Shown here: in pieces, positions 10,470 to 19,400 of the stretch
Layout of the letters: each line of letters opens with the position of its first letter
How positions within the stretch are numbered: position 1 is the first letter of the stretch
Source: Lentibacter sp.
Lineage (GTDB): Bacteria; Pseudomonadota; Alphaproteobacteria; Rhodobacterales; Rhodobacteraceae
Direction: 5' to 3'
Length of the DNA stretch: 64,000 bases
NCBI GenBank assembly: GCA_016744435.1
Contig: JADGEJ010000009.1
Coordinates: 620-64,619, forward strand
Translations under genes and position numbers: made by a program
The notes under the pieces: generated by a model
Told to the model about the DNA's origin: nothing
The model's input: only the letters and a program-made list of their open reading frames with translations
The model's database searches: none

Positions 10470-11071
10470 CAGGCAGGTGCTGTTGCCTTCATGCTTTGTC
10501 GTTCCGAGAACACGGCGTACCAGTCGTCAAGCGCGTCGACGCCTTTGCGCCAGTGGCGGGCGTCATGGCGGAAGTCGAGGTAACCAAGCGCGCAGCCGAC
10601 GGCGATGTGGGACGCATCAAGCGGGCCAGCAAGGTGGCTCATCCAGCGCTCGTTGATGACCTTCAAGGCCGCTTCGACTTTGCCCCATTGCGCCTCCATC
10701 ATGTCGTGCGACTGGTGCTCTGGCGGGCGCAGGCGGCCTTCATAAGTGATCAGCACAGCCGCATCCATGATCGCATCTGCCATGCTTTCAAGCGTCAGAA
10801 CTTCCCAGATGCGCGCTTCAGGGTAGAGGCCCGCCTTGGCGCGCGCGTCGAGATAGCGCGTGATCACCCGACTGTCGTGAAGCGCCACTCCATCAGGGCG
10901 GATCAGCGCTGGAATTTTGCCAACCGGGTTGGCGGCGCGGGCCTCATCGGCGGTGGCGATGGGCGAGGTGGCGATGTTCACTTCTTCCACGTCGGCGGTT
11001 TGGCCGGTTTCGTGCAGCAAGGCACGTACTTTACGCACGAACGGGGAGGCAGATGCAGAGACGAGTTTCAT
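10469..11071 (-). CDS. Glutathione S-transferase family protein
   Basis: Thioredoxin-like N-domain (SPFVRKVRALLHE...GKIPALI..DG..LHDSRVITRYL) plus a helical C-domain. Confidence 0.75.
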   Translation of the reverse strand: MKLVSASASPFVRKVRALLHETGQTADVEEVNIATSPIATADEARAANPVGKIPALIRPDGVALHDSRVITRYLDARAKAGLYPEARIWEVLTLESMADAIMDAAVLITYEGRLRPPEHQSHDMMEAQWGKVEAALKVINERWMSHLAGPLDASHIAVGCALGYLDFRHDARHWRKGVDALDDWYAVFSERQSMKATAPA

Positions 11072-11102
11072 GGTGGCGGCCTTTCCTAAAGTGTGGGTCT
11101 TT

Positions 11103-11132
11103 AGAAAAGGGTAAGGCCCGCAGTGCGGGCCT
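11103..11132 (-). terminator. Probable intrinsic terminator after the RTX metalloprotease gene
   Basis: An 8-bp stem aggcccgc/gcgggcct with a 3-nt loop (11114-11132). On the minus strand it is followed by a T-rich stretch (tacccttttct). Confidence 0.5.
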
Positions 11133-11157
11133 GTCCAATGCTTTCATGCACCTTTTC

Positions 11158-11739
11158 TCAAACGATCTGGATATTGTCTGTGATCGTGTCGAGGCCAAGG
11201 TAGATCGTGATGTCGATGGTGTTGCCGCCGCCGAAGTCGAGGAAGACGTTGGTGTCGGTCACGGTGCCGTAAGTGTTGAGCACTTGCTGGCCTGTCGTTG
11301 CCGAGCCTACGAGTGCGCTTGAGAGCTCCAAGATGTCGTGCCGGCCTTCGAAGTCGCCGATCGTGTCGTGGCCGTGGCCTGCTGCGAAAATGAAGGTGTC
11401 GATCAGGCTGCCGCCGTAGATTTCGTCGTTGCCAGTGCCTGCGTCAATCGTGTCGTGGCCTTGCGAACTATAGATCGTGTCATTGCCCGCGCCGCCGCTG
11501 ATGTAGTCACTGCCTGTCGCGCCTGAGAGGTAGTCGTTGCCATTGCCGCCGTAGAGATCATCCTGGCCTTCGGAGCCAAGCAGGCTGTCGTCGCCGTCGC
11601 CGCCATACAATGTGTCCCAGCCGGTGCGGCCAATGATGTAGTCATCGCCGTCTTCGCCGTAGACGACATCAACGCCGTTGCCCGAACTGATCCAGTCGCC
11701 GCCATCGCCACCGTAGATCAGATCAACGCCAGTGTTGCC
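11158..11739 (-). repeat. Left arm of a large inverted repeat (core); partner at 33252-33833
   Basis: The last 193 codons of this gene and of the 853-aa RTX gene differ at only 9 residues in my manual alignment. The same mirror shows up in shadow ORFs (11338-11526 vs 33465-33653). Similarity decays to about 80% nt over a further 250 bp or so. Confidence 0.85.
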
Positions 11740-12972
11740 GAACAGGCGGTCATCGCCCGCGTCGCCGTGCAGCGTGTCAGCGCCCGTGCCACCCGCCATC
11801 GTGTCCTTGCCTGTACCGCCGTGAAGCTCGTCAACCGAGCTGTCGCCAAACAGGCTGTCGTTGCCGACGCCGCCGAGCAGATTGTCGCCGCCCGTGCCGC
11901 CGCGCAACGTGTCGTGCCCCGAGCCACCATCAATTGTGTCGTGCCCCGCGTTGCCTTGCGCGCTGTCGTTGCCAGCCGAAAGCTCGATGTTGTTTGACGC
12001 GCCGTTGCCTGTGACTGTGTCGTTGCCACTGCCCGTGATCGCGTTCTCGATGCTCACGCCGTTGGCGACAGTAAAGCCGCCTGCAACGCCGGCTGCGTTT
12101 GACACAAAGCCAAGTCCGCCAGCCTCGTTGTTGAGCGTTGCTGCGCGCAAGTCGATGACTGCATTTGTCGAGCCGTTGTGGCGCAACGTGTCAACGCCGC
12201 CAGTGTCCCAGATGGACTGCCATTGGGTGCCGGAGACATTGCTGGCGGGCAGAACGTAGGTGTTGTTGCCCGAAGCGTGGGTGGTGTTGGCGCCGTAAAG
12301 GTCTTGCAGGGCCGCAATGTCGAGCGCCATTGGCCCGCTTTCATAGCCCCAGTCCCAGCCCGTGTCACCGACTGTGCCGTTGGCACCGGCATGGAAGCCG
12401 CTGTTGTAGGTCATCGTGGTGTAGATGCCTTGGTTGAAGTTGTTGTTGCCAAAGTCATCAAACGCTGCCCCGACGCCAGCCATAATGCCCGTGCCACCGC
12501 CCGTGTCATGCGGGTGCCCAAGGCCGAGGCCGTGCAGCATTTCGTGGACCATTGTGACGTAGCTGTAGCCGCCTGCTTCAAGGTCTCCGCCTGAGGTGCG
12601 GTCCCACAAAGTTGCGTTGAACACGCCGATGCTCTGGTTTGATGTTGGCAGGTAAAAATAGCCGAGCGCGTTGTCGTATTCGGCCGTTTCATCGGTGTCG
12701 AGGATCATGACATACTCGGCGCCGGACGACGAGTTTGTGATGTTGAAGTTCACGTCAATGACCGTTGCGATGGTGTCAAAAACGCTTTGGAATTGTTGAA
12801 TTTCGTAAGCGTTCCAGCCGTTGGACCTGACGCCATCCCAGCTGTTGTAGCCCGAGGGTGCAAAGTAGACATCAAATGTCGAGCCACTCATTGAGTAGTC
12901 ACTTTTGACCGAGTCTATGAGTGTCTCTGAACGCATCTGTGGCGCGGGGCTGGGTGTGGTGTCTGGCATCAA
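11158..12972 (-). CDS. Serralysin-like (metzincin) zinc metalloprotease with C-terminal RTX Ca-binding repeats; predicted T1SS substrate
   Basis: HEMLHGLGLGHPHD (HExxHxxGxxH) and a Met-turn-like IYTTMTYN. More than 20 GGxGxD nonapeptide repeats fill the C-terminal half, and there is no signal peptide. Confidence 0.85.
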   Translation of the reverse strand: MMPDTTPSPAPQMRSETLIDSVKSDYSMSGSTFDVYFAPSGYNSWDGVRSNGWNAYEIQQFQSVFDTIATVIDVNFNITNSSSGAEYVMILDTDETAEYDNALGYFYLPTSNQSIGVFNATLWDRTSGGDLEAGGYSYVTMVHEMLHGLGLGHPHDTGGGTGIMAGVGAAFDDFGNNNFNQGIYTTMTYNSGFHAGANGTVGDTGWDWGYESGPMALDIAALQDLYGANTTHASGNNTYVLPASNVSGTQWQSIWDTGGVDTLRHNGSTNAVIDLRAATLNNEAGGLGFVSNAAGVAGGFTVANGVSIENAITGSGNDTVTGNGASNNIELSAGNDSAQGNAGHDTIDGGSGHDTLRGGTGGDNLLGGVGNDSLFGDSSVDELHGGTGKDTMAGGTGADTLHGDAGDDRLFGNTGVDLIYGGDGGDWISSGNGVDVVYGEDGDDYIIGRTGWDTLYGGDGDDSLLGSEGQDDLYGGNGNDYLSGATGSDYISGGAGNDTIYSSQGHDTIDAGTGNDEIYGGSLIDTFIFAAGHGHDTIGDFEGRHDILELSSALVGSATTGQQVLNTYGTVTDTNVFLDFGGGNTIDITIYLGLDTITDNIQIV

Positions 12973-13127
12973 AACTATCCTTGCTCGATATATTATTCGG
13001 GTGCGCGAGGGCGCGGCGGGCTGTTGACCGCTCGTTAAACGATCAGGGTTTTAAACGCAGTTCACGAGTATGTAGCATATCCGAGGCTTTGGTTGAATCA
13101 CTTTTTGGATGGTATTTTCACTAAGCA

Positions 13128-13142
13128 TTAACAATGCGTTAA
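13128..13142. promoter_or_regulatory. Perfect CtrA-type box TTAA-N7-TTAA
   Basis: The sequence ttaacaatgcgttaa lies in the divergent intergenic region, 79 nt upstream of the DUF2793 ATG and about 155 nt from the RTX protease start. Confidence 0.4.
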
Positions 13143-13220
13143 GATTTGGGGCGGGTCCGTAAGGTATCGTGAGGATGGACAAGGTTAGGTGATGCCGAAC
13201 CTTTGCAACCGGAGAACCCT

Positions 13221-14189
13221 ATGCCCAATCAATCAGCGCGACTAACGCTACCGTTTATCTTGCCAAGCCAGGCGCAGAAACATGTGACACACAACGAAGC
13301 GCTCGAACGGCTCGACGCGGTAGTGCAACTTTCGGTGGCCGGCTTTGATGCGGTCACCCCGCCAGCTCTTGCTTCGGAGGGAGACCTCTACCAACTAGGT
13401 GCAGGCGCAACAGGGGCATGGGCGGGCAACGACAGCGCGTTGGCCTACCACTCAAACGGCGGCTGGCTGTTTGTCGCCCCGCAGGAAGGCTGGCGCGCTT
13501 GGGACCTGGCAGCAAACACACTGCGTATTCTGGTAGGCGGTGCATGGCAGCCCTTCACACCACAGTTGCAAAACCTCATTGGCCTCGGCATCGGCACCAC
13601 GTCAGACGCCACAAACCGCCTTGCTGTGGCCTCGGATGCCTCACTGTTTACCCATGACGGGACAGACCACCGCATGGTTGTGAACAAGGCCGCGGCGGCA
13701 GACACTGCAGCGCTGGTGTTCCAGGACAACTACACAGGCCATGCCGAGATGGGCCTCGCGGGCGATAACGACTTTCAAGTCAAGGTCAGCGATGATGGCA
13801 TCAGCTGGTCCGAGGCTATGAGGGTGCGCAACACTGACGGCGTCGTCACAGTACCCTGCCTTATGAGCGGCAAAGTCACGATCGACAACGACGATTTCGT
13901 CAGCGTACCGACGCCAAGCGCTGGCGGAATGGTCGCGATTTCGATGGTTGATCTGGGCTACCCGCAATCGACACACAGTGGCCTTTTCTCGTATGATACA
14001 GGCGGATCTTTGTCGCTCTACACGCTGGCGAAAGGGGCGAGCCTTGAAAATGAGGGCTCCACAGCGCTTACCGGAACCAGCTCAACAGACGGGCGCAGCG
14101 CTCTTGCCGTCGCGACGGGTGCTCTGCTCATTGAAAACCGTCATGGAGGAACGAGGCATTATGCCTATACGTTCCTTAACTCTTACTAG
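13221..14189 (+). CDS. DUF2793-type, phage/GTA tail-fibre-like protein
   Basis: N-terminal signature ARLTLPFILPSQAQKHVTHNEALERLDA. The mid region (NRLAVASDASLFTHDG..HRMVVNKAAAADTAALVFQDNYTGHAEMGLAGDNDFQVKVSDDG) is typical of this family. I chose the ATG at 13221 because a GGAG lies 6 nt upstream. Confidence 0.6.
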   Translation: MPNQSARLTLPFILPSQAQKHVTHNEALERLDAVVQLSVAGFDAVTPPALASEGDLYQLGAGATGAWAGNDSALAYHSNGGWLFVAPQEGWRAWDLAANTLRILVGGAWQPFTPQLQNLIGLGIGTTSDATNRLAVASDASLFTHDGTDHRMVVNKAAAADTAALVFQDNYTGHAEMGLAGDNDFQVKVSDDGISWSEAMRVRNTDGVVTVPCLMSGKVTIDNDDFVSVPTPSAGGMVAISMVDLGYPQSTHSGLFSYDTGGSLSLYTLAKGASLENEGSTALTGTSSTDGRSALAVATGALLIENRHGGTRHYAYTFLNSY

Positions 14190-14371
14190 GATTAATGGGT
14201 CCTGACCCTAAAGCTCTTGCGAGTGTATTGACGCTTTCGGGGCGGCCACGGGTTGTCACGGCTTGGAAAGAACTGGCGGCGCTTTACTTGCGCCGCTGGT
14301 GCCAGGCTGACAAGCGTAGTAAAGGATAGTCCCGTTGTGGCGGGATTAGAGCGTAGGCAGCTGGTAAGTAG

Positions 14372-16150
14372 GTGAGTTTTGTGAAGGTATATTTGGACAA
14401 GCCTCAAAATTTTTGGGCCAATCTTTCAGTCGATTTCCAAGAACACCGTGAGGTGTTTCGCAACATGCTTGAGGCGATGATGTTGGCCGGGCACGACTTG
14501 AGTGTCTTCCAACGCCGCCCTTATATCGAACGAGGGCTTGAGGCGGGTTTTGCCGATGGTATCTACTATTCCTATCACAATGCGCAGCCCGGCGAAAACA
14601 GCTATTGCTACAAGCGCGGCCCTTTCCCGTACCTTTGGTATATGGATCCTGCGGGCTATGCGGGCTGGAGCCAGATAGCTTTGGACACCTCCCTACAGGA
14701 AGAAGCCGCGCAGTATCCTGTGGAGAAAGCCACTGCCGTTGTCCAGGAATACTGCCGCCGCATGCTGACGGAGAACCACTCTGTTTTGCCTCAGCCTGAA
14801 ACCATTCCGGAGGCCGAGATTGAAGGTCTGGAAAGCTTTGTTTTCTATTCTCTTCAAGTCAACAATGACGAAGTCATGAAGCTGACAGAAGTCGCGCAGT
14901 ACGAGAGCATTAAAGCTGCGGCGGCTGCGGCCAAGAAAATGAAACGCCACCTTGTTTTCAAACAACATCCTTTGTGCAAATCATCCGTTGTTGCACGGCT
15001 GTTGGGCGAGTTGGCGAAGTCAAAATATGTTCATGTCAGCGTTGGCTCAGTGAACAAGCTGCTCAGCAAAGCGCGCAGTGTCTTGGTTACCAATTCAACT
15101 GTCGGCTTTCAGGCGCTCGTTCTTGGCAAGCCCGTGTTCACAGTGGGTAAGAGCGAATATAGCTTCATGACCCAGCCAATTCAGACGCCAGAAGAGATTG
15201 CTGAGGTTTTCCGCGTTACTGACTTCAGGCAGCCGGAGCGTGTTTTGCGCCAAATCGGCTATTTGCTAAGTGAGTACTTTGTCGACATGCGCGACCCTCA
15301 AAGGCTGGGCGCGCGGCTGCAAGAGCATGCTGCAGTGTTTGCCCGGAAAAACAACAACACCCAAAGCCGGTTTCAAGCCGAGGAGTTGGACAGTTACAAA
15401 ATCTACCTCACGGCAGCACACCGACTGGAAAAAGAAACACATGAGCGCCTTGAGTTTTTGCTGGAAAGCTACAGCGCGCTCACCCCTCCAGAAAAGCCAG
15501 CTATTGTAGCGGCGCTTTCGAATTTTGTGTCGCACGGGCACTTTGTCGAAAAAATCCTGAGAAGCACCGATGGGGAAGTTGCCCTACGCAGCCTGAAGCT
15601 TGTCGACAAACGCAAAGACAGCCTCAAGAAAGACCAAATTTTGCGGGCGCTCTGCGACATCAAAACCAGTGCAAGCGCCAAAGTGTTCTATGACCGAAGC
15701 AGAGAGTATTACGCCGCAGGCGACGAATTCGAGGGCTTGAGGTTTGCGCGCTTGGCGGCGAGCCACCCTAAGGCCTCTACAAATGCCAGTGTGTTTTGCG
15801 CTCGCAAGTTGCTGTCAGCGAGCAACTACGACAACCCGGAGCTGCGGCTGCTAATCCAAGGCCTTGCGGGGCATTCGACAAGCAATACGTGGCTTATGAA
15901 ACTCCGGTTTGGCCTTGCGCTACACGACAACGAGCTCGAGCGCGCGGCTGAGGTTTTGAAAGTAGCGTCGCGAGACGCATGGGACAAAAGCGAAGCTGAG
16001 TTGCATCGTAAGCAACTTCAGAAACGGCTTAAGCCGCCAGCGCCCACCGCCAAAGCGCGGCCGGTTGCGAAACCCAAGCCCGCAGCCAAGCCGAAAGCGG
16101 CGGCTACGCCAAGCCCAGACGCACCGAAGAAGCGACAGAAGTCGCATTGA
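14372..16150 (+). CDS. Capsule_synth (KpsS/KpsC, GT107-like) domain protein with a helical C-terminal extension and a Lys/Pro/Ala-rich tail
   Basis: YMDPAGYAGWSQIA and HLVFKQHPL...VLVTNSTVGFQALVLGKPVFTVGKSEY match the capsule biosynthesis (LipB/KpsS) pattern. The C-terminal 39 aa are KPPAPTAKARPVAKPKPAAKPKAAATP.... The GTG start is uncertain. Confidence 0.6.
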   Translation: MSFVKVYLDKPQNFWANLSVDFQEHREVFRNMLEAMMLAGHDLSVFQRRPYIERGLEAGFADGIYYSYHNAQPGENSYCYKRGPFPYLWYMDPAGYAGWSQIALDTSLQEEAAQYPVEKATAVVQEYCRRMLTENHSVLPQPETIPEAEIEGLESFVFYSLQVNNDEVMKLTEVAQYESIKAAAAAAKKMKRHLVFKQHPLCKSSVVARLLGELAKSKYVHVSVGSVNKLLSKARSVLVTNSTVGFQALVLGKPVFTVGKSEYSFMTQPIQTPEEIAEVFRVTDFRQPERVLRQIGYLLSEYFVDMRDPQRLGARLQEHAAVFARKNNNTQSRFQAEELDSYKIYLTAAHRLEKETHERLEFLLESYSALTPPEKPAIVAALSNFVSHGHFVEKILRSTDGEVALRSLKLVDKRKDSLKKDQILRALCDIKTSASAKVFYDRSREYYAAGDEFEGLRFARLAASHPKASTNASVFCARKLLSASNYDNPELRLLIQGLAGHSTSNTWLMKLRFGLALHDNELERAAEVLKVASRDAWDKSEAELHRKQLQKRLKPPAPTAKARPVAKPKPAAKPKAAATPSPDAPKKRQKSH

Positions 16151-16211
16151 TGCGGGTTTGCCAGCCCTGATCCCCGCACGAGCTCAGGGCGGATCATGGC
16201 TCAGTTTTCAA

Positions 16212-19200
16212 CTAGGATTTCGTCGTAAACGCGCTCTTGGAGCTGCGCGCTTTCCCCCGAACACCAACATATTTCTCATGCCCGGGCTCGAACCGCTCGC
16301 CCAAGGCCCGCCCAACCAGCTCGCTTAAAGACGGGTTTGCTTTTTTGGCATGCGCCTTGAGGTCATCTTTGAACCAATAGGGTGGATAGATCACCTTGTT
16401 GGTCACGGGGCGGGCGTGAAAACGGTAGGGTTGAGTGAAGTCGTCATTGGCCATGTAGTCCAGCCAAACAGCTGCGCGTTCGCGAAAGTCAGGCGCAGGG
16501 ATCACAGGCTTCTCGCCGCGTAGATAAGCTTCGTATTCTTGGCGGCTTTCTAGCTCTACCTGCCCGATGGGGTAATCCACCGGAGCAAAATGACCGGCTG
16601 TAATACACGGGATACCCATCAGTCCCAGTTCGATCGTGGTCGTCCCATTGTAGACTAGGCCCATGTCGATCCGGTGGCGCATATCATCCATGTCAAACCA
16701 GCGGTGGCCCATGAAAATGGCATTGTCGCCCAGTGGTTCTTCCAGCAAGTCGCTGAAATATTCTGTGGGGAAGGTCGCGATCTGGTTGTTCAGCTCATGA
16801 GGGTGCGGCTTGATCAGCAGCAAGGTATTGGTGCCCTGTACTGACCGAATTGAATGATTGATCCAATCTTTCATACTGCTGTGCCCCGGCCCCCCGTCAA
16901 AAGGTACAGAGCTGTCACAGACAACCTTGCCAAAGGCGCAGGCGACTTTGCCACCTTTTGCACGCCACTGGGTGATGCGCTCATCCAACGCCTGTGCCTC
17001 GGCAGGGCGATCATCGCTGCCCTCGGTAGACCGACGCACCTTCGTGATCGGCGCAAAGCGCTTGATGATCTGTGGCAACTGTTTTTGATGGCTGTCATAG
17101 TAGCGCTCAAAGTTTTCGGGCAAGGGAAAACTGCCTGAGCGCGCATGCGGACTGCGTGTCATGTTGCGCATAACCAACCGCTGCGAGATGTTGGTAGAGA
17201 AGTTGGTGAAATAGTTCTGATAGCCATTGGCTGTGTGCAAATAGAAGAACTTTTCCGGATCACCGTATTCTTCGCAATAAAAGCGGAACAATGAATCAGG
17301 TAGGCGACAGTTGTAGAGAGAAACCAAACCCACCTTGAGGTTCTCGGACTTATGCAGCGCCAGAGTGTAATCCAACACCCGCGCCATCGAATGCGTCCAA
17401 TCAGAGAGCGTGCCCAGATATCTCTGCAACTCGGGGCAACCGTGGTTGAGCGAGTAGCGGCGGCGGTTGATGGCGCCGTCTTCCCAGACAGAATGCGACA
17501 GGTCAATAGGGCCCCATGTCAGGCGCCCACGGTCTAACTCCGGAACGTAGTTCTTGACTTGCGGCATGGCCTTTTCTGCCCGTGCCACAAGCGAAACTAC
17601 AGGGCTGATCGCGCCATTGATGACATCGATTTTTGGGTTGCCTGTTTGCTCGCGCGGCAACAACCCTTCGACCATTGGCAGCACGGCCCAGCCGCGACGC
17701 TTGAACTCCAACAGGGCCATCAGCGGATAGCGGCGCAACTGGTCGATATTGCGCGGCGCTACAAGGATAATCCCCTTTGGGTTTTTCGGCTGCGGCACGG
17801 ATTTGTAGATATTCGCCGTTTCGATCAGGAATTTCAGCTCGCCGTAGCGTTTGATCAGGCTGTGGTTGGAAAATGCGTTGATCCTGCTGGGGTTGGCGAG
17901 GCTTTGCCCGTGCACATCTTCCAGCAGGCGCAGCGCGTGGCCAAACTTGCCTTGGCGTTGCAGAATATTGACATAGTGCAACAGCCCCTGACGGCGGAGC
18001 AGGTTTTTGGGCAAGACATCAAAGAAGTCATTGGCCTTTTTGTAATTGTGGGTCAGCGAGGCCCAGCGGAAGAAATGCTGCATGTCACGGTTGATGCGAG
18101 GAGGGTTGCTCGACGCAACTTCCATGATCCGAGCCGCCGCTTTCATGTTCTTGGTGGTATGGGCCAAGGCAGCTGGAGCAGGCCACAGTGCATGTGCCAG
18201 TTCTGGTTGGGCACTGAGCGCCTCAAGATATGCCGTGATCCGCTGTGTCAGATCACTGCGACCAAGCCGATGTGCCAGAGGCAAATAGGCACACAGATCA
18301 ATCACGGTTTGCTCTGCAAGCTTGAGGGTTTTCACGCCAGCAGGGTCGAACAAGGCTTCAAAGCGCTCTTCGTAAGCGCGTAGCTGCGTGGCGGCGCGCT
18401 CGTACGACTGAGTGTAGTCGGGGATATGCCGGATGCCGGTGCGCAACATGCTGGCAATGATGTTGATCTGGGCGAGCGGCTTCGTGGCCGCGTTGAGTTC
18501 CGTGTCACAGATATCAAGATACTGATCGCGTTGGCGCGATTGCAGTGCTTTTTCCTTAAAGGAAGTTTGCAGTTTCGCTGGGGCGGCGGCATCTTCGCTG
18601 AGAATGTCTTGGGGCTGCGCCTCGTTCGGCGCGGTTGTCTTTACCTTGCCATTTACGGCGTCAAGCAAGGTACCAGAGTTGACGCGTTCGCGTTCGCGCT
18701 CTCGATCCTGAGGGTTGGACGTTTCTTGTGTGTCGTCTGTCCAGTCCATCTGTTCGCGGGCGATCAGATCCAGCACCCGCCAGGACTGCTGGAGGATCAG
18801 CATACGGCGTTTTTGCAAATCTTCGGGGGCATCATAGGGGTTCTCGATCGTTTCGATCAGCAGCTCACTAGCACCGCGATAATCTCCCTGCATACCGCGG
18901 CAGATTGTGATCAAATGGACAAGAAAAACGCTCTCGTGGAACCGCTTGTTTGCCTCGATGGCCGCTTCGAGCAACGTCTTGCGGCCCTCTTCGCTGATCA
19001 GCAATTGAGAAATCAGACGCCCCGCTTGAAACTGTCCAGCGCGCTGGGTGCGCTCCAGTTCGGCCATGTTTTTGAGCAGCCCGACATAATTTTTCGACCG
19101 GATGTGTGGAACCATAAGGCTGCGCAACCGCTCAGTTCTGTAGAGCGCGGCCTGCTCTTCATTGCCCAAAGCTTCGTAAGCTAGTGTCCGAGCGCGGGCC

Positions 19201-19376
19201 ACTTGCTGTGTCTTGGGCTTATTGAGCTCTGCAACTTTCAGAACCTTCAAAGCCAGCGACGGCATCTTGGCGCGGATGAGCAAATTGCTCCATTTGAGAG
19301 GCCTGTGGTGGCCCAGCCTACGGACCGCCTTGCGCGCCAAGGAGCGAGTTTTTATCTGTTGAAATGTCTTATTCAT
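16212..19376 (-). CDS. Giant (1054 aa) protein: N-terminal TPR-like helical region of about 450 aa plus a C-terminal Capsule_synth/GT-B-like domain
   Basis: The C-terminal pattern (FGKVVCDSSVPFDGGPGHSS ... LLLIKPHPHE ... GLVYNGTTTIELGLMGIPCITAG) resembles KpsC/KpsS-type transferases. It starts 24 nt after the pseI stop on the same strand, so it is probably co-transcribed. Local GC is lower (about 45-53% in the stretches I counted). Confidence 0.55.
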   Translation of the reverse strand: MNKTFQQIKTRSLARKAVRRLGHHRPLKWSNLLIRAKMPSLALKVLKVAELNKPKTQQVARARTLAYEALGNEEQAALYRTERLRSLMVPHIRSKNYVGLLKNMAELERTQRAGQFQAGRLISQLLISEEGRKTLLEAAIEANKRFHESVFLVHLITICRGMQGDYRGASELLIETIENPYDAPEDLQKRRMLILQQSWRVLDLIAREQMDWTDDTQETSNPQDRERERERVNSGTLLDAVNGKVKTTAPNEAQPQDILSEDAAAPAKLQTSFKEKALQSRQRDQYLDICDTELNAATKPLAQINIIASMLRTGIRHIPDYTQSYERAATQLRAYEERFEALFDPAGVKTLKLAEQTVIDLCAYLPLAHRLGRSDLTQRITAYLEALSAQPELAHALWPAPAALAHTTKNMKAAARIMEVASSNPPRINRDMQHFFRWASLTHNYKKANDFFDVLPKNLLRRQGLLHYVNILQRQGKFGHALRLLEDVHGQSLANPSRINAFSNHSLIKRYGELKFLIETANIYKSVPQPKNPKGIILVAPRNIDQLRRYPLMALLEFKRRGWAVLPMVEGLLPREQTGNPKIDVINGAISPVVSLVARAEKAMPQVKNYVPELDRGRLTWGPIDLSHSVWEDGAINRRRYSLNHGCPELQRYLGTLSDWTHSMARVLDYTLALHKSENLKVGLVSLYNCRLPDSLFRFYCEEYGDPEKFFYLHTANGYQNYFTNFSTNISQRLVMRNMTRSPHARSGSFPLPENFERYYDSHQKQLPQIIKRFAPITKVRRSTEGSDDRPAEAQALDERITQWRAKGGKVACAFGKVVCDSSVPFDGGPGHSSMKDWINHSIRSVQGTNTLLLIKPHPHELNNQIATFPTEYFSDLLEEPLGDNAIFMGHRWFDMDDMRHRIDMGLVYNGTTTIELGLMGIPCITAGHFAPVDYPIGQVELESRQEYEAYLRGEKPVIPAPDFRERAAVWLDYMANDDFTQPYRFHARPVTNKVIYPPYWFKDDLKAHAKKANPSLSELVGRALGERFEPGHEKYVGVRGKARSSKSAFTTKS

Positions 19377-19400
19377 AATGTCGAGTTTTCAGCGTTTAGA

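Noticed and set aside
11096-11110. TTTAGAA half-site resembling an Irr ICE box upstream of the GST gene
   Set aside because: Only one half of the TTTAGAA-N3-TTCTAAA palindrome is present, and the gene context is not iron-related.
11403-12029. Ala/Thr/Arg-rich ORFs on both strands inside the RTX repeat region, with their mirror images at 33064-33653
   Set aside because: These are alternative-frame readings of GGxGxD-encoding repeats. The real frames are defined by the protease and RTX motifs. Their duplication simply reflects the inverted repeat.
11158-12100. Highly periodic repeats considered as a possible CRISPR or tandem non-coding array
   Set aside because: The periodicity is 27 nt (nonapeptide), in frame, and encodes GGxGxD Ca-binding repeats. 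There is no repeat-spacer structure, and no cas genes occur in the window.
17559-19184. 274-aa and 252-aa plus-strand ORFs
   Set aside because: They are antisense to the 1054-aa gene, which has the coherent domain architecture and the operon context. Neither ORF has recognisable motifs.
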